Assembly (NCBI GenBank): GCA_028534125.1
Contig: CM052817.1
Span: 36,024,001-36,088,000 of the forward strand
Origin: Lama glama
Taxonomy: Eukaryota
Direction: 5' to 3'
Length of the DNA stretch: 64,000 nucleotides
Shown: one piece after another, positions 51,281-64,000 of the stretch
Numbering within the stretch: position 1 is the first letter of the stretch
Layout of the letters: each line of letters begins with the position of its first letter
The notes under the pieces: model-generated
The model's database searches: none
What the model saw: only the letters and a program-made list of their open reading frames with translations
What the model was told of the DNA's origin: nothing
Translations under genes and position numbers: made by a program

Positions 51281-52344
51281 AGAGAAAGGGTAGAAGAGGA
51301 GATCTGGTTGAGGTCATATGACTTAGAAACTTGAGACAACTAAGATTACGGTTTCAGATAAGGTAATCAAGTGTAGATTGTGTGGTGGTGAGTTACAGGA
51401 ATTCAGAGTTGGGAAAGGTTAGTGAGACCTGAGGGCAGTTAGTGAAGCTCTGTGGGCACCTCAGCCTCGAAGGAAGTTGGGATTTGGTTTGCATGGTGAT
51501 TGGCCCGTGATGAACAGATGGCATTCTTGGTGAAAGACAAGCAGGAAAAAAGTCCTGGAGATGAGAAAAAGCTTCCCGTGTGACAGACACAGGTGATCCA
51601 AGGGTTTGAAATTTTCCTGCAATTCTGACATGTTTTTGCACATTTTTAGGAAAAGAATATTGGTTATATTCACATTCTTTCTGATCTAAAATAAGAGAGC
51701 ATGAGGGTATTTCTGGGGTTGGAGGGACCTCCGATATGAGAAGCCAACACGCTCAGTATTCATTTGGCACTTGTGTTGTCCGTGCTTCCAGAGATAGAGG
51801 TTAAAATGTTGTGTTTTTCCTATTTATTTCCTTAATTAAATTTTTTTAGACCATTCTTTGCCCTACAAAAGAGGATTGCAAAAGAAACTAGCAAACTTAT
51901 GTATTTTGCTTGTTGGTAGTAAACAACTTTCTGACACTGGTGTTCTTTATTTCACTGGTTCTCCAGCATTTTTTCTGCCTTTTTCTATTTCTTCTTTCCT
52001 TCACTCCAGGTTGCAGTCTGATAGACTGTCATAATCTCTCATTACATAGAATAATTATCCTAAGGGTAGGCCTGCAAAAGATTTGTACAAGGACTCAGGA
52101 GAGGGGTGTAGGCTGTATATGGTTTGAAAGTTCCCCTTAGAAATACCGGTATCTCCCCTTCACTATCCCCTTTGCTATATAAGAATTTTTACATGCATTT
52201 TAAATTTCATGCTTAAGGTTGATATTTTCCTGCAGTGTGATTAATACATTAGAATATTAATAAAGTGGAAGAAATTATCTTCAGTAACATAATTGGAAAG
52301 ATTTTTAAAATTCTTCTCTTTCATTTTTAAATTTTATTTTTTAG

Positions 52345-52508
52345 ATCCCCAAATCCAGGAGTGAGGGATCTATTCAGAACCACAGGTTTCCCCAACCAGA
52401 GCTATCTCATGGCGTTCCTCAGGTCAGCCTGCGGATCAGTCGTAGAAAACCCTGCTGGGATGATACAAATTCAGCCGAGGATGCTACTGCTGCCAAGTTA
52501 CTCTCCAG
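52345..52508 (+). CDS. FAM13A: FAM13A internal coding exon (164 nt, phase 0-2; equivalent of human exon 7)
   Basis: Acceptor attttattttttag| and donor |gttggc. Translates to IPKSRSEGSIQNHRFPQPELSHGVPQVSLRISRRKPCWDDTNSAEDATAAKLLS (recalled human: IPKSRSEGSIQAHRVLQPELSDGIPQLSLRLSYRKACLEDMNSAEGAISAKLVPS). No stop codons. Confidence 0.94.
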
Positions 52509-53169
52509 GTTGGCATGTTTCTTTTGTTTACGCATTACATATTGCGTGGTCTGGGCTGATGTGTAGGCTCGCACATGGAGATGTGTCCACGTGTACCCAC
52601 CACTGGGGTCAATAGGATGCAGATTGGGAAAACTATTTACAATTCACTCTAAGTTTTGAAAATTTTCTGACTAATAGTTCTTATCACAGAAGTGTTTCTG
52701 GTTTGTTATATTTTATTTTCTGGATTAAAACAAATTATGTAATCAGCTGGACTGTGCTAGGGTCATAGTTAGAAGTTGGAAGAGTGTTTTTGGATGCCTT
52801 TTCATAGTATGTTCAGTGGCCAATATTATCTGCAATTAAAGAGGACATCATAATTGTTACTAGAACCAACTCTCACTAACAAAATTTGAATGTTGCCTTT
52901 TAACATTAATTATGTGGTGCATTATACCTGAAAGCAAACTTATTCGGTGTACTTGAAGAAAAAGGCATACAATTTTCTTAAAATAGGGTCTGAGTCTTAT
53001 TTATTCCTAGCATATGGAATTTTCCCTCTTGAAAATTTGTATTCTCTATTATAACTTAAAACCTATTTCTAAATTTAAAAAAAAATACCATTGCAAATAT
53101 AAGACAGAGAGCTCTAAGGAGTGGAAGGATTTTTAAGACATTGTATAAATAATACAGTTCAAGAGCTTA

Positions 53170-54710
53170 CCACAATGGATTGCCTTATAGAAGAGATGGA
53201 GTTTGAGCTGGATTTTAAAAATGAAAATAATTTAAATAGGAAGAAAAAGAAGACAAGGCTCTTGCAGGTGGGTCCAGGTAGGAGGCAGAGTAGGTATTTG
53301 GGAAACAGCAAACAGGGGTCATATGAGGAGGAACTGGTGGGAGAAACAGCTGGGAAGGTGGAGGGGCCAAACCTTCGGGGACCTTGAATGCCAGCCTGAA
53401 GTTGTGTTGCATCCAGTCTTGCCTCCATTGAACAGATGTTCAGCCCTTGAGCTGTGGTTCCAAACAGGAAGTGCTTTAGGACAGAGGATGCAGCAGTGAA
53501 CAAAGCCAACCAGGCCCTGATGTTTATGGACCTCACGGTCCGGTGAGGGAGGCAGTGGCAGGACACGGGGAAAAAAAAAAAAAAGCCTGTGTAGAAGATT
53601 ATTTCAGCTGTAGTAAGTGAGTATACTAAGAAACAACAAGTTAACGTAATAGACTGACTTAATGACCATTTTAGTTTGTGAAGGTAGGGAAGCCTGAATT
53701 GAGACAAGAATCGGGGGAGTCTGGAGGGAGCCTGTGAAGATCAAGGAAAGATCATTTCTGCATAGAAGAACTGAGGTAGGGAAGCTTGGCTTCTTCCCAC
53801 ATGTAAAGAACGGGAAGCCAGGTACAGTTCCAGCTAGGTAGCAGTAAGGGATGGGAACCATGGTAATTTGGTACGTTGGGAAAAGTGATCTTCCATCAGC
53901 ATGCAGGATTGATTAGAAGAGGAGAGCTTGGAGGCCAGTACAGTGGTGGTTCCTTCAACAGTTATTCGTCTTGACTGAGATCTAGTTATGTGAAATTGAC
54001 CTGCTGGGTGCTGGGGATTCAGTGGATGAGAGACTTAAGTCCCACAGTTGGGGAGAGACAGAGATTAAAGGAATAAAATTTCAAAAATTATCATTAAGTA
54101 TACATATTACTAAGTGCCTGTTTTGTACCAGGCATGGTGAAATGAGCTGGTGATAAAATCATACATCAGATTCAAGTTCTCTTCTTAAGACACTTTAAAG
54201 ACTGTCTGCCGGTTGCTGTGTCAGGACAGAGGAAGGTCACAGACCATGTGGGGAAATGAGAATCTGAGGTTTCAGGAAGAGGGTGACTTTTGAACTAAGG
54301 CTGGTAGGATATGTGGAAGTACAGGACAGGGAATGCAGATTTAGGGTGCTCCTGGAAGAAAAAAACCACATGTCCAAGGACGTGCAGGACAATGAGGACA
54401 ACTTGGAGGAGAAGTGCAAGTGCAGCGGGGAGTCAGGACATCTGGAGCTGAGAGCGGAGAAACGGAGGAGAGGCTAACGGTGGAGGAAGAGACTAAAAGT
54501 AATAGGTCAGATGGTGAAAAACTCTGTGCCATATTAAGGAGTTTGGCTTTTCTCTTGAAAGTGGGGGAAAGTGATTATAGGAACATAAGCAGGAAAATGA
54601 TATAAACCAACTTGCATTTTATAAGAGATCCTGCGGCAACTCTGCCGAAGGAAAGATTAAAGGGAACAGTAAGAGGTGCTGGGAAACCAGCAAGGAGGCT
54701 GTACAGCTGA
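53170..54710 (-). mobile_element. Cluster of L2 3' fragments
   Basis: gagtttgagctggatttt; gatgcagcagtgaacaaagcc...ggccctgatgtttatgga; tactaagtgcctgttttgtaccaggcatg; aaggagtttggcttttct. Confidence 0.75.
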
Positions 54711-55997
54711 TCCTGTGCAAACTAAGAGCCTCCAGTCACTGAGGACCAGGGGGTGCGGACAGTTCTCTGTGCCTCAAAGGAGAGCGAGAGAATAGGCTGT
54801 TGACTTGGTCCAAAAAGGATTAGGTTTTTTTTTTGTTTTGCTTCATTGTTTGTGTGTTTTGCTTCATTGGGGGCATTATAGTATTTTAATGAATGGAATG
54901 TAGGCAGGTTTGTATGAGTGACAGATACAGTCCAGGGAGAGAAAGCAGCTAATGTTTCAAAACAGGAGATAAAAACAGGGACCTCTAGGAGGGAATCCAA
55001 AGACTGGGTAGTGACACCCTGACTAAAGCAGGCTATGTACTGCGTGCACCCATCACATCTGGGTTCATGCGACTGCACGGCTCCCACATCCACGGTGCAC
55101 AGTCTTCCCCACGGAAGGGCAGGGTGTAGGGACTGCAAAACCAGCCTTCGTTCACAAGGAAGCATCCAGGAAAGAATAAGAGGCACAGATAAAAAACACC
55201 ACATCTTTGAAAATTTTTCTTCTCTATTTTAAAAAGCAAGGTCCACATACCTGGGTGACCCGTGGCAGGTGGCGAGAACTAGAGTACATGTTATCTTCCC
55301 AGATGACTGCGTGACAAATTAGGCCTTAAGTGAAATGAAGAAGAGAAAATTCCAATGTTATTTATGTCATTATTGTTATTCATCCACTCAGAAAATAAAA
55401 GAAAATAAATGTTTCTTTCTTCTAAAGGCAAGGAGAAAAGAGCTGCCTTTTAGGAGAATGAATTTGTGTTTCTGAGGTGCAAATCAGGAAGTGAGAAAAG
55501 GCACAGCTAACATTGCTCTAGCCTCTGTTTGTTCTTCTGGTCAGCATACCTCCAGTTAAAACAAATGTGTATTAGGGTTTTAAAACTTCTTTTATACTTT
55601 CCAATTTTTTTTTTTTATGTATAGCCTTAAAGAACTGACTCCTTCCCACTGGGCAACCTTAAAAGTTTAGATAGGATACCATTGATGTCAAGCCTTGTTA
55701 CCCACCATTATGCAGAAACTCATTCAACATCTTGTCTCTGTCCGTGAGTCTGTAGTGCCTGTGCAGATATTTTTCCTTTTTTTATATACCTCAGTAGATT
55801 GTGAGATAAATTGTCAAAAGACAGCTGGAAATAATCAAAATTAATTTAACTAAAAATAAATTTTAAATCCTTTCTATGTCTTTGAAGTAACAGAATAGAT
55901 ATTGTGCCAATTTTTATTTCAAAAATGAGCTTATGAAGCTGTTTCATTTGCAGTAAATGTTGTTGATTAGTTCATAAATTATAAATAGATTTAAAAA

Positions 55998-56594
55998 GTG
56001 TGACCAACAAGGGATTAATTTCCAAAATATACAAGCAGATCATAAGTTAAATATCAAAAAAACAAACAACCCAATCCAAAAAATTGGCAGAAGACCTAAA
56101 TAGACATTTCTCCAAAGAAGACATACAGATGGCCAACAGGCACATGAAAAGATGCTGTATATCAATAATTATTAGAGAAATGCAAATCAAAACTACAATG
56201 AGGTATCACCACACACTCGTCAGACTGGCCATCTTCAAAAGTCCACAAATGATAAATTCTGGAGAGGGTGTGGAGAAAAGGGAACACTCCTGCACTGTTG
56301 GTGGGAATGTAAGCTGTTGCAGCCACTATGGATAATAGAGTGAAGATTCCTTAAAAAACTGAAAATAGAGTTACCATAAGATCCAGCATTCCCACTCCTG
56401 GGCACATATCTAGAGAAGACTCTAATTTGAAAAGATACATGCACCCCAGTGTTCATAGCAACACTATTTACAATAGCCAAGAGATGGAAGCAACCTAAAT
56501 GTCCATTGACAGATTATTGGATGAAGAAGATGGAATATTATTCAGCCATAAAAAGAATGAAATGATACCATTTGCATCAACATGGATGGACCTG
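55998..56594 (+). mobile_element. L1 ORF2 C-terminal fragment, truncated at both ends
   Basis: ORF 56084-56335 [23 protein letters not shown]...; homology stops at catggatggacctg, with no 3'UTR or poly(A). Confidence 0.92.
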
Positions 56595-56599
56595 AACTC

Positions 56600-57340
56600 A
56601 ATTTGAAGTTTCTGATGCCTGCCAGCCATCCCCACTCCAGCCTTTACTATAAACTCACTCCACCCAAACAGAACTCATGTTCTCACTTTTCCTCTGAATT
56701 TTGCTATGTGTTGCAGTCTCTCAACCACTAGATTCAAACCTTTTATATAATCGATCACCAAACCTTGTCAGTATTTCCTTTTCAGTTATCTCTAATGTCC
56801 CTTTCCCCATTTTCTCCCCCTGATCTCGACTAATTTAGGCTTACATCACCTTGTTGTTAGATAATTACTACATTTTCTGCAGCTCACTAACCTACTGGAT
56901 TCATTTTCTTCATACAAGTTGGTCCTATGCCTGTTTTCAACTCCTAACTCTATACAATGTCTTCTATATCTCCCAATACTCTGCTGTGTCATATATCACT
57001 CTTACTAGCAGACATATTAACCTAATCCATCAGATACCACAACCCTTCCCTTGCCCCCTACCCCCATCATCCATCCATAGCCAGCCAATCCCAGAATGCT
57101 CTTCAACAATCTCACTGTCCTTATTTTGCCTCATTACTACCCTCTCCGTACCACCTCTGCAAACACAGATGTTTAAACAAATCATACTCCTGCTCAGAAC
57201 TATTTAGTGGCTTCCATGTGCCCAATGTAGAAGATCATTCTTGCTCAGTCCTCTACCAGTCTTTCCAGCCCTTTCTCCCTCCTCTATGGCTGCCTTTTTC
57301 TCATACCTACAGCAACCATATAACCCATACTTTCCATGAC
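56600..57340 (+). mobile_element. L2 fragments
   Basis: Pyrimidine-rich L2 text, e.g. tcatactcctgctcagaactatttagtggcttcc. Confidence 0.55.
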
Positions 57341-57424
57341 TATTTTGGCTTCAGATATAGTCTCTTCAAGATGAGATCTTGTGTCAGACTTTTGTCTTGA
57401 TATTTACTTTAAAAATTATAGAGC

Positions 57425-60400
57425 AAAATGATAGATGAGGTCCCTCACTCATATTCCCCCACAGCAGCAGTAACTTGGCAGCCATCTATAGACAAAAGTG
57501 CCTAAAATAGAACCAAACAGAAATCCCAGAGCTGAAAAATCCAGCAACAGAACTACAAGCTCTAGAGGGAGTTTCAACAGCAGGCTCAATTATGAAGAAG
57601 AAAGAATCAGCAAACTTGAATATTGGTAATTTAAAATTAGCTAGAGGAACAAAAAGAAAGAAGAATGAAAAGGGATGACAAAAGCATGCAGGACCTAGAG
57701 GACACCATTAAATGAATGAATGTACACAGCTTAAGAGTCCCCTCAGTAGACAAAAGAGAGAAAGGAGGAGAAAGCATATTTAAATGAATAATGGCTGAAA
57801 ACTTCCTGAGTCTTAAAAGGGATATGGACATCCAGGAGCATGAAGCTCAAAGGACCCCAAACAAGATTACTCTGAGTCACATTATACAATTGTCAAAAGT
57901 CAAAGGCCAAAAGAGGCTTTTGAAAGCAATAAGAGAAAAACAACTCATCACATATGAGACCACTGCCATAAGGCTATGAGTAGAGTTTTCATCAGCACCC
58001 TTGTAGGCCAGTAGCGGGTAGGATGATATATTCAAAGTGTGAAAGAAAAAAACTGCCAACCAAGAATACTATATCTAGCAAAACTGTCCTTCAGAAATGA
58101 GGGGAAGATGAAGACATTTCCAGACAAACAGAACCTCAGGAAATACATCACCACTAGACCTGCCTTACAAGAAAGGTTTAAGGTGTTACTCAAGTTGAAA
58201 CAAAAGGAAGCTAAGTAGCCACATGAAAACATATGAAGTATAAAACTCACTAGTAGAGGTAAATATATAGCCAAATTTAGAATACTCTAATACAGTAATG
58301 GTGTGTAAATCACTTTTAATTCTTATATAAAAGTTAAAAGGCAAAAATATTAAAAAAAAACTGTAGCTACAATAATTTTTTTATGGATATACAATATATA
58401 AATAATATAAAAATGTAAAATGTGATATTAATAGCAGAAAGTGTTGAGAGGGAGAAGTAAAATTATAAAAATTTTATATGCAATTAAAATTAAGTCATTA
58501 TTAGATTAAAATAGACTGGTATAATTATAAGATGTTTTATGTAGACCGCATGGTAACCACAGAAACCTCTAGTAGGTACACAAAAGATAAAGAGAAAGGG
58601 ATCAGTGTATACTACTACAAGAAAATACCAACAAATTGTAAAGGAAGATAGGAAGGGAAGAACAAAACTACTGCAAAACATGAAACAGTTAACAAAATGG
58701 CAATCATAAGTTATTACCTATCAATAATTACTTTAAATGCAAATTGATTAAATTCTCCAGTCAACAGACACAGTATCCGAATAGATTTTTTTAAAAAACA
58801 AGTTTATAACCATATGCTGCTTATAAGAGACTCATTTTAACTTAAGAATACGTAGGCTTAAAGAGAAGAAATGGAAAAAAATATTTTATGCAAATGTAAA
58901 CAAAAGAGAGCAGGAATGGCACTCTTACATCAGACAAAATAGACTTTCAGTCAAAATCTGTCACAAGGCAAAAAGAAGGTCATTATATAATGACAAAGAG
59001 GTCAGTTGATCAAGATGATAGACCAGTTATAAATATATGTGTACCCAACATCAAAGCACCTAAATATTAAGCCAGATATTTACAGAACTAAAGGGAGAAA
59101 CAGACAACAGTGCAACAATTTCAACAATGAATTGATCATCCAGACAGAAAATCAACAAAGGAAGAGCAGACATGTATAACACTATAGACCTAATGGACCT
59201 AATAGACATATCCAGAACATTTTATCCAACAGCAACAGAAAATACTTTCTTCTCAAATGCACACTGAGCATTCTCCAGGATAGATCACATGTTAAGCCAC
59301 AAAGCAAATCTTACCAAATTTAAGAATATTGAAGTTATATTATGTATCTTTTCTGACCACAGTGGTATGAAGTTATGAATCAGTAACAGAAGGAAATCTA
59401 GAAGATTCATAAATACATGGAAATTAACATACTCTTGAAAACCAGTAAGTCAAAGAAATCAAGGCATATCAAAGTACCTTGAGACAAATGAAAGTGGAAA
59501 CACAACATACCAAAACACATGGGAAATGACAAAAGCAGTTCTTAAGGGGAAGTTTATAGTGGGAAATGGCTAAATTAAGAAAACAGAAAGATATCAAACA
59601 GTCTAACTTGCCATCCTTGAGGGACTAGAAAAAACGAAGCTCCAAATTAGCAGAAAGAGGGAAATAATGAGTAGAGCAGAAATAGATGGGGAAAAAAAAA
59701 ACAAACTAGAAAGACAAATATCAAAGATCAATAAAACTGAGTTGGTTTTTTGAAAAGGCAAAAATGACAAGCCTTTGTGTTAACTGAGGAAAAGAAAGAT
59801 AGGACTCAAAATTACGAAGGAAAGAGGAGAGAATAGCTGACACACAGATATACAAAGGCTTTCAAGAGACTAATATAAATATTTTACCAATGCATTGGAT
59901 GACCTAGAAAAGCTGTATAAATTCCTAGAAATATACACTCTACCATGACTGAATCATGAAGAAACTGAATATCTGAACAGATCAATAACAGGTAAGGAGA
60001 TTGAAACAGTAATCAGAAACTTTTCAATGAAGAAAAGGCAAGGACCAGATGATATCTTAGGTGAATTCTGTCAAACATTTAGAAGAATTAATGCCAGTCC
60101 TTCGCAAACTCTTCCAAAAACTTAAAGACGAGGGAAGAGTTCCATACTCATTGTATGAGGCCAGAATTACCCTGATAACCAAAGCCAGAAAAGGACTTTA
60201 CAGGCCCATGTCCCTAATAAACATAGATGCAGAAATTTTCAACAGATGTCTAGCAAACCAAATTCAACAGGATATTAAAAAGACCATATACCATGACCAA
60301 GTGGGATTTACCCTAAGATGCAAGGATGGTTCAACATAATCAAATCAATCAATGTGATGTACCACATTAACTGAATGAAGGATAAAAAACTATATGTTCT

Positions 60401-62850
60401 TCTTAATAGATGCAAAGAAAGGATGTGAGAAAATTGAATATCCTTTCATGAGTAAAAGGTCACAACAAATTAGGTGTAGAAGGAATGAACCCCAACTTAA
60501 TAAAGGCCAAATGTAGTAAGCCATAGCTACATCATAATCACTGATGAAGGGCTAAAACCTTTTCCTCTAGATGAGGAATAAGACAAGTGAGCCCATTCTC
60601 ACTGCTTCTTTTCAACATAGTACTGGAAGTCCCAGCAGAGCAATGAGGCAAGAAAAAGAAATTAAAGGCATCCAAATTGGAAACGAAGAGGTAAAATGGT
60701 TTCCGTTTTCAGATGCTATGATCTTCTACATAGAAAACTCTAAACTCCACCAAATAAATTTGGAATCAATTTGACCAAAAATTTGAAAGAGCTGAAAACT
60801 ATAAGACATTGAAAAAACAAATTAAAGATGACACAACTAAATGGAAAGATAACCTGTGTTCATGGATTGAAAGAATTAATATTGTTAAAATGTTTATACT
60901 ACTCAAAGAGATCTACAGATTTGATATAGTTACTATCAAAATTCCAGTGGCATTTTTTTTTGCAGATAGAAAAGTCCTAAAATTCATTTGGAACCACAAA
61001 AGACCCCAAATAGCTAAAACAATCTTAAGAAAGAAGAGCGAAGCTGGAGGCATGACACTTCCTGATTTTAAACTGTGTTACAAAGCAATAGTAATCAAAA
61101 CAGTATGCTTTTGATATGAAAACAGATACATACCAATGGACCAGCATAGAGAGCCCAGAAGTAAACGTAAGCATATACAGTCAATTAATCTTTGACAAGG
61201 ATGTCAATAATACAGTACATTGGGAAAGGATAGTCTCTTTAGTAAATGATGTTGGGAAAACTGGATATCCACATGCAGAAGAATGAAACCAGACTCCTCT
61301 TTTATACCACAAGTAAAATTAGCTCAAAATGGATTAAAGACCTAAATGTAAGACATGAAGTTTTAAAACCATTAGAGGAAAATGTTGAGGAAAAGCTCCT
61401 TGACCTTGGTCTTGGCAATGATCTTTTATTTTTATGACACTAAAGGCACAGGCAATGAAAACAAAAATTAGCAACTGGGCCTGCAACAAACTAAAAAGCT
61501 CCTACACAACCAAGGAAACCATCAACAAAATGAAAAGGTAAAGCATGGAGAAAATACTTGCAACCTATATACCTGATAAGGAGTTAGTTTCCAAACTATA
61601 TAAGAAACTCTTAAAACTCAGTAGCAAAAAGCAAATAACCCAATTAAATTGGGCAAAGGACTTGAATAGGCATTTTTCAATGAATACATAGGAATGGCAG
61701 CCAGTATATGAAAAGGTGCTGAACATCACTAATCATCAGGGAAATGCAATTTTAAACCAAAACCACAATGGGATATTACCTCACACCTGTTAGGATGTCT
61801 GTCATCAAAGACTAGAGATAACAAGCATTGGTGAGGATGTGGAGGAAAGGGAACCCTTGTGCATTGACGGTGGGAATGTAAATTGGCATAGCCATTATGG
61901 AAAATAGTGTCATGCATCCTCAAAAAAAAAAAAAGATTCTAAAAAGAAGGCCAGAATTACCCTGGCCTGGTTGTACGTGTGCATATATGTGTATCTGAAT
62001 CACTTTACTATAAAGTAACACAACATTGTAAATCAACTATACTTCAATTAGATAGATAGATGAAAGGAAATTAGAAGGAAGGGAAGGGAGGGAGGAAGGA
62101 AGGAAGGAAGGAAAAGAATTACCAGGTGATCTAGCAATCCCACTTCTGAGTTTATATCCAAAGGAAATGAAATCAGTATCTCTAATAGATACATGCACTC
62201 CCTTGTTCACTGTAGCATTATTTATAGTAGCCAAGACAAGATATAGAACCACCTAAGTGTCTGACAGTGGATGAATGGATAAATAAAACATGGTATAAAT
62301 AATATTCCATTGTGTATATATACATTTCTTGTATGTTTCTTGTGTATATATACACATACACACACACAAAGGAAATCCTTCCACTTGAGACAACTTGGAT
62401 GGACCCGGCAGACATTATGCTAAGTGCAATAAGTCAGACAGAGAAAGACAAATACTGTGTGATTTCACTTGTATGTGAAATGTAAAAAAGTTGAACTCAT
62501 AAAAGCAGAGAGTGGAACAGTGTTTGCCAGGGATTTGAGGTGTTGAGGAAAAGGAGAGATGTTGGTCAAAGAGTAAAAATTTTCAGTTACAGAATGAGTA
62601 AGTTCTGGGGACCTAATGTTCTGCATGATAACTATAGGTAACAGTACTGTGCTGTATACTTAAATTTTTGCTAAGAAAGTCGATCTTAATTGGTCTCACC
62701 AGAAAAAAAAAAAGAACTGTGCCTTTGAGATGATGGAGGTATTAATTTGCCTGATTATGATAATCATTTTACAATGTATACATGTATCAAATCATCACAT
62801 TAAATATATATGATTTGTATTTGTCCATTATCCCTCAGTAATGCTGGTAA
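57425..62850 (+). mobile_element. Long degenerate L1 (L1MA9/L1M2-like): 5' tip, partial ORF1, ORF2 relic from about 58697, 3'UTR
   Basis: ORF1 peptide MAENFLSLKRDMDIQEHEAQRTPNK; ORF2 peptides [62 protein letters not shown]; many stops and frameshifts; 3' end tttgtatttgtccattatccctcagtaatgctgg. Confidence 0.95.
61962..62114 (+). mobile_element. Very short younger L1 3' tip with (GATA)/(GGAA) tail, nested in the older L1
   Basis: ctgaatcacttt...cacaacattgtaaatcaactatacttcaat followed by tagatagatagat and ggaaggaagg; flanked by agaattacc (61953-61961, 62115-62123). Confidence 0.8.
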
Positions 62851-62889
62851 AGTTATAATAACCCTACATGTAACATTTTTGTCTGTATC

Positions 62890-63060
62890 ACAGTTTTGTC
62901 AGGTAATCCTGTAAAGATTTCCAGATCTGAAAAGTAATCTTGGGCAAAGAAACTATGATTCTGAAAAAGTTATTCATTTCACAGATATTTATTGAGTTAG
63001 GTGAATTGTCCAAGATCACATAGTTAGTTGACAGGCTGAGATTAATATATGTCTTCTGAT
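62890..63060 (-). mobile_element. MIR fragment
   Basis: catttcacagat...gagttaggtgaattgtccaagatcacatagttagt. Confidence 0.6.
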
Positions 63061-64000
63061 TATTTTACAGTTATTTCTTGCCAATCCTCTACCTTGACTT
63101 ACTTCACCCTTTCATGTCCTTATACTTCCCTCTTCAGCCTAACTGCGAATTCCTGAAGTAGAAGGACTGTGTCTTTTGTGGGTTTTGGGTTTTTTTTTGC
63201 ATCCATTACAGTACCTAGTAGGCATGTACTTAGCTGTTACTGCCATAGTTGTTATTCTTGTGACATTATTACATGTGCTCAATTTGAATTTAGATTCTAG
63301 TCTTCATCTCAGCTGACCTAAACCTTTCAGAGGGTGAGGTCTGATTCAAAACAGCAGAACATTAATGTGTCAATTCTGTTTCTTGTGGTCCTTGGAAAGT
63401 GCTTACCCGAGGAATCCCTGTACAGCCTGCCCTTGGAGATGCCACAGAGTCCCCCCAGCTGTGCCCTCTCATCATCCCCACTTAATCTGTACCATCTCCT
63501 CACGAGGGCTCTGGCCCAATGTTGCATTTCTATCAGTAATGTGCTGTTTATTCATGTAGGAGAAATCCAGTGCTTTATGAGGCTCATAACATCTCTGCGA
63601 CTCCCCACCCTTGTGGCAGAAAGTGTGTGTTGTGATGTTTGCCAAACAACACTTCATGTTTCAGTCACATGTTACAATGGTACATTTCATAAGATTCAGG
63701 CTTCCAAAGATATAAATAATGAATCAATGTTCAGTAGTATTAACTGTACCCATTGTCCTTCAAGATATCTAATCTATTAACTCTGGCTATTAAATACGAC
63801 TTTCCTCACTTCTGAAGCCCGGCCAACAACAGAAAGCAGTCATAATTATCCTGTGTTGGTACTTCATAAAGGGCACGCCAGTTACTTCCTGAACATGTGT
63901 TTGTTTCCTATAGTGTTTCACTCTCTGTTGCTTGGGGGAAAGTTTCAGACTTTTTAACTGGCTGGTGAAGCTGAAATGAAGTTAGGATTCTTGGCTACAG

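Noticed and set aside
52361..52615. 84-aa ORF overlapping the third exon
   Set aside because: It is a different frame from the FAM13A exon, has a non-ATG start and crosses the splice donor.
53159..55248. 182-aa and 160-aa minus-strand ORFs
   Set aside because: The 182-aa ORF lies over L2 relics; both cross homopolymer runs, use non-ATG starts and show no recognisable domain.
57791..61923. Cluster of ORFs resembling reverse transcriptase and ORF1 proteins
   Set aside because: Fragments of one degenerate L1 with many stops and frameshifts; not an active or domesticated gene on this evidence.
63334..63780. 148-aa ORF near the window end as a possible alternative FAM13A exon
   Set aside because: Non-ATG start, no similarity to the FAM13A sequence I recall, and no CpG-island or promoter signal. 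The short-isoform first exon and the next coding exon were not found in this window.
1..64000. CRISPR arrays, operons, defence systems, rRNA, snoRNA/miRNA genes, CpG island
   Set aside because: The DNA is CpG-depleted mammalian intron. I saw no regular repeat-spacer structure or recognisable RNA gene; small structured RNAs cannot be excluded without an Infernal/Rfam scan.

Overview
Mammalian, repeat-rich, mostly intronic DNA from FAM13A on the + strand. Three internal coding exons (825-978, 22679-22762, 52345-52508) have canonical AG/GT boundaries and splice in frame. They encode the end of the RhoGAP-domain region and the following linker of the long isoform; the gene call rests on recalled human protein sequence. 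Three tRNA-Ala-derived SINEs and the L1 3' UTR type point to a camelid genome (inference). The rest is L1, L2, MIR, MaLR/ERVL LTRs and Tigger/hAT relics, often nested, plus a 500-N gap flanked by an exact 199-bp duplicate that is probably an assembly artefact. Nearly all entries in the ORF track are chance ORFs or LINE relics. I see no convincing new biological system. The most unusual structure is a composite insertion at 45049-46615: a fold-back L1 5'UTR piece, a 126-bp copy of local DNA from 3.3 kb downstream, and an L1 3' end carrying a SINE. Repeat family names come from recognition, not a database search, and repeat boundaries are approximate unless stated.
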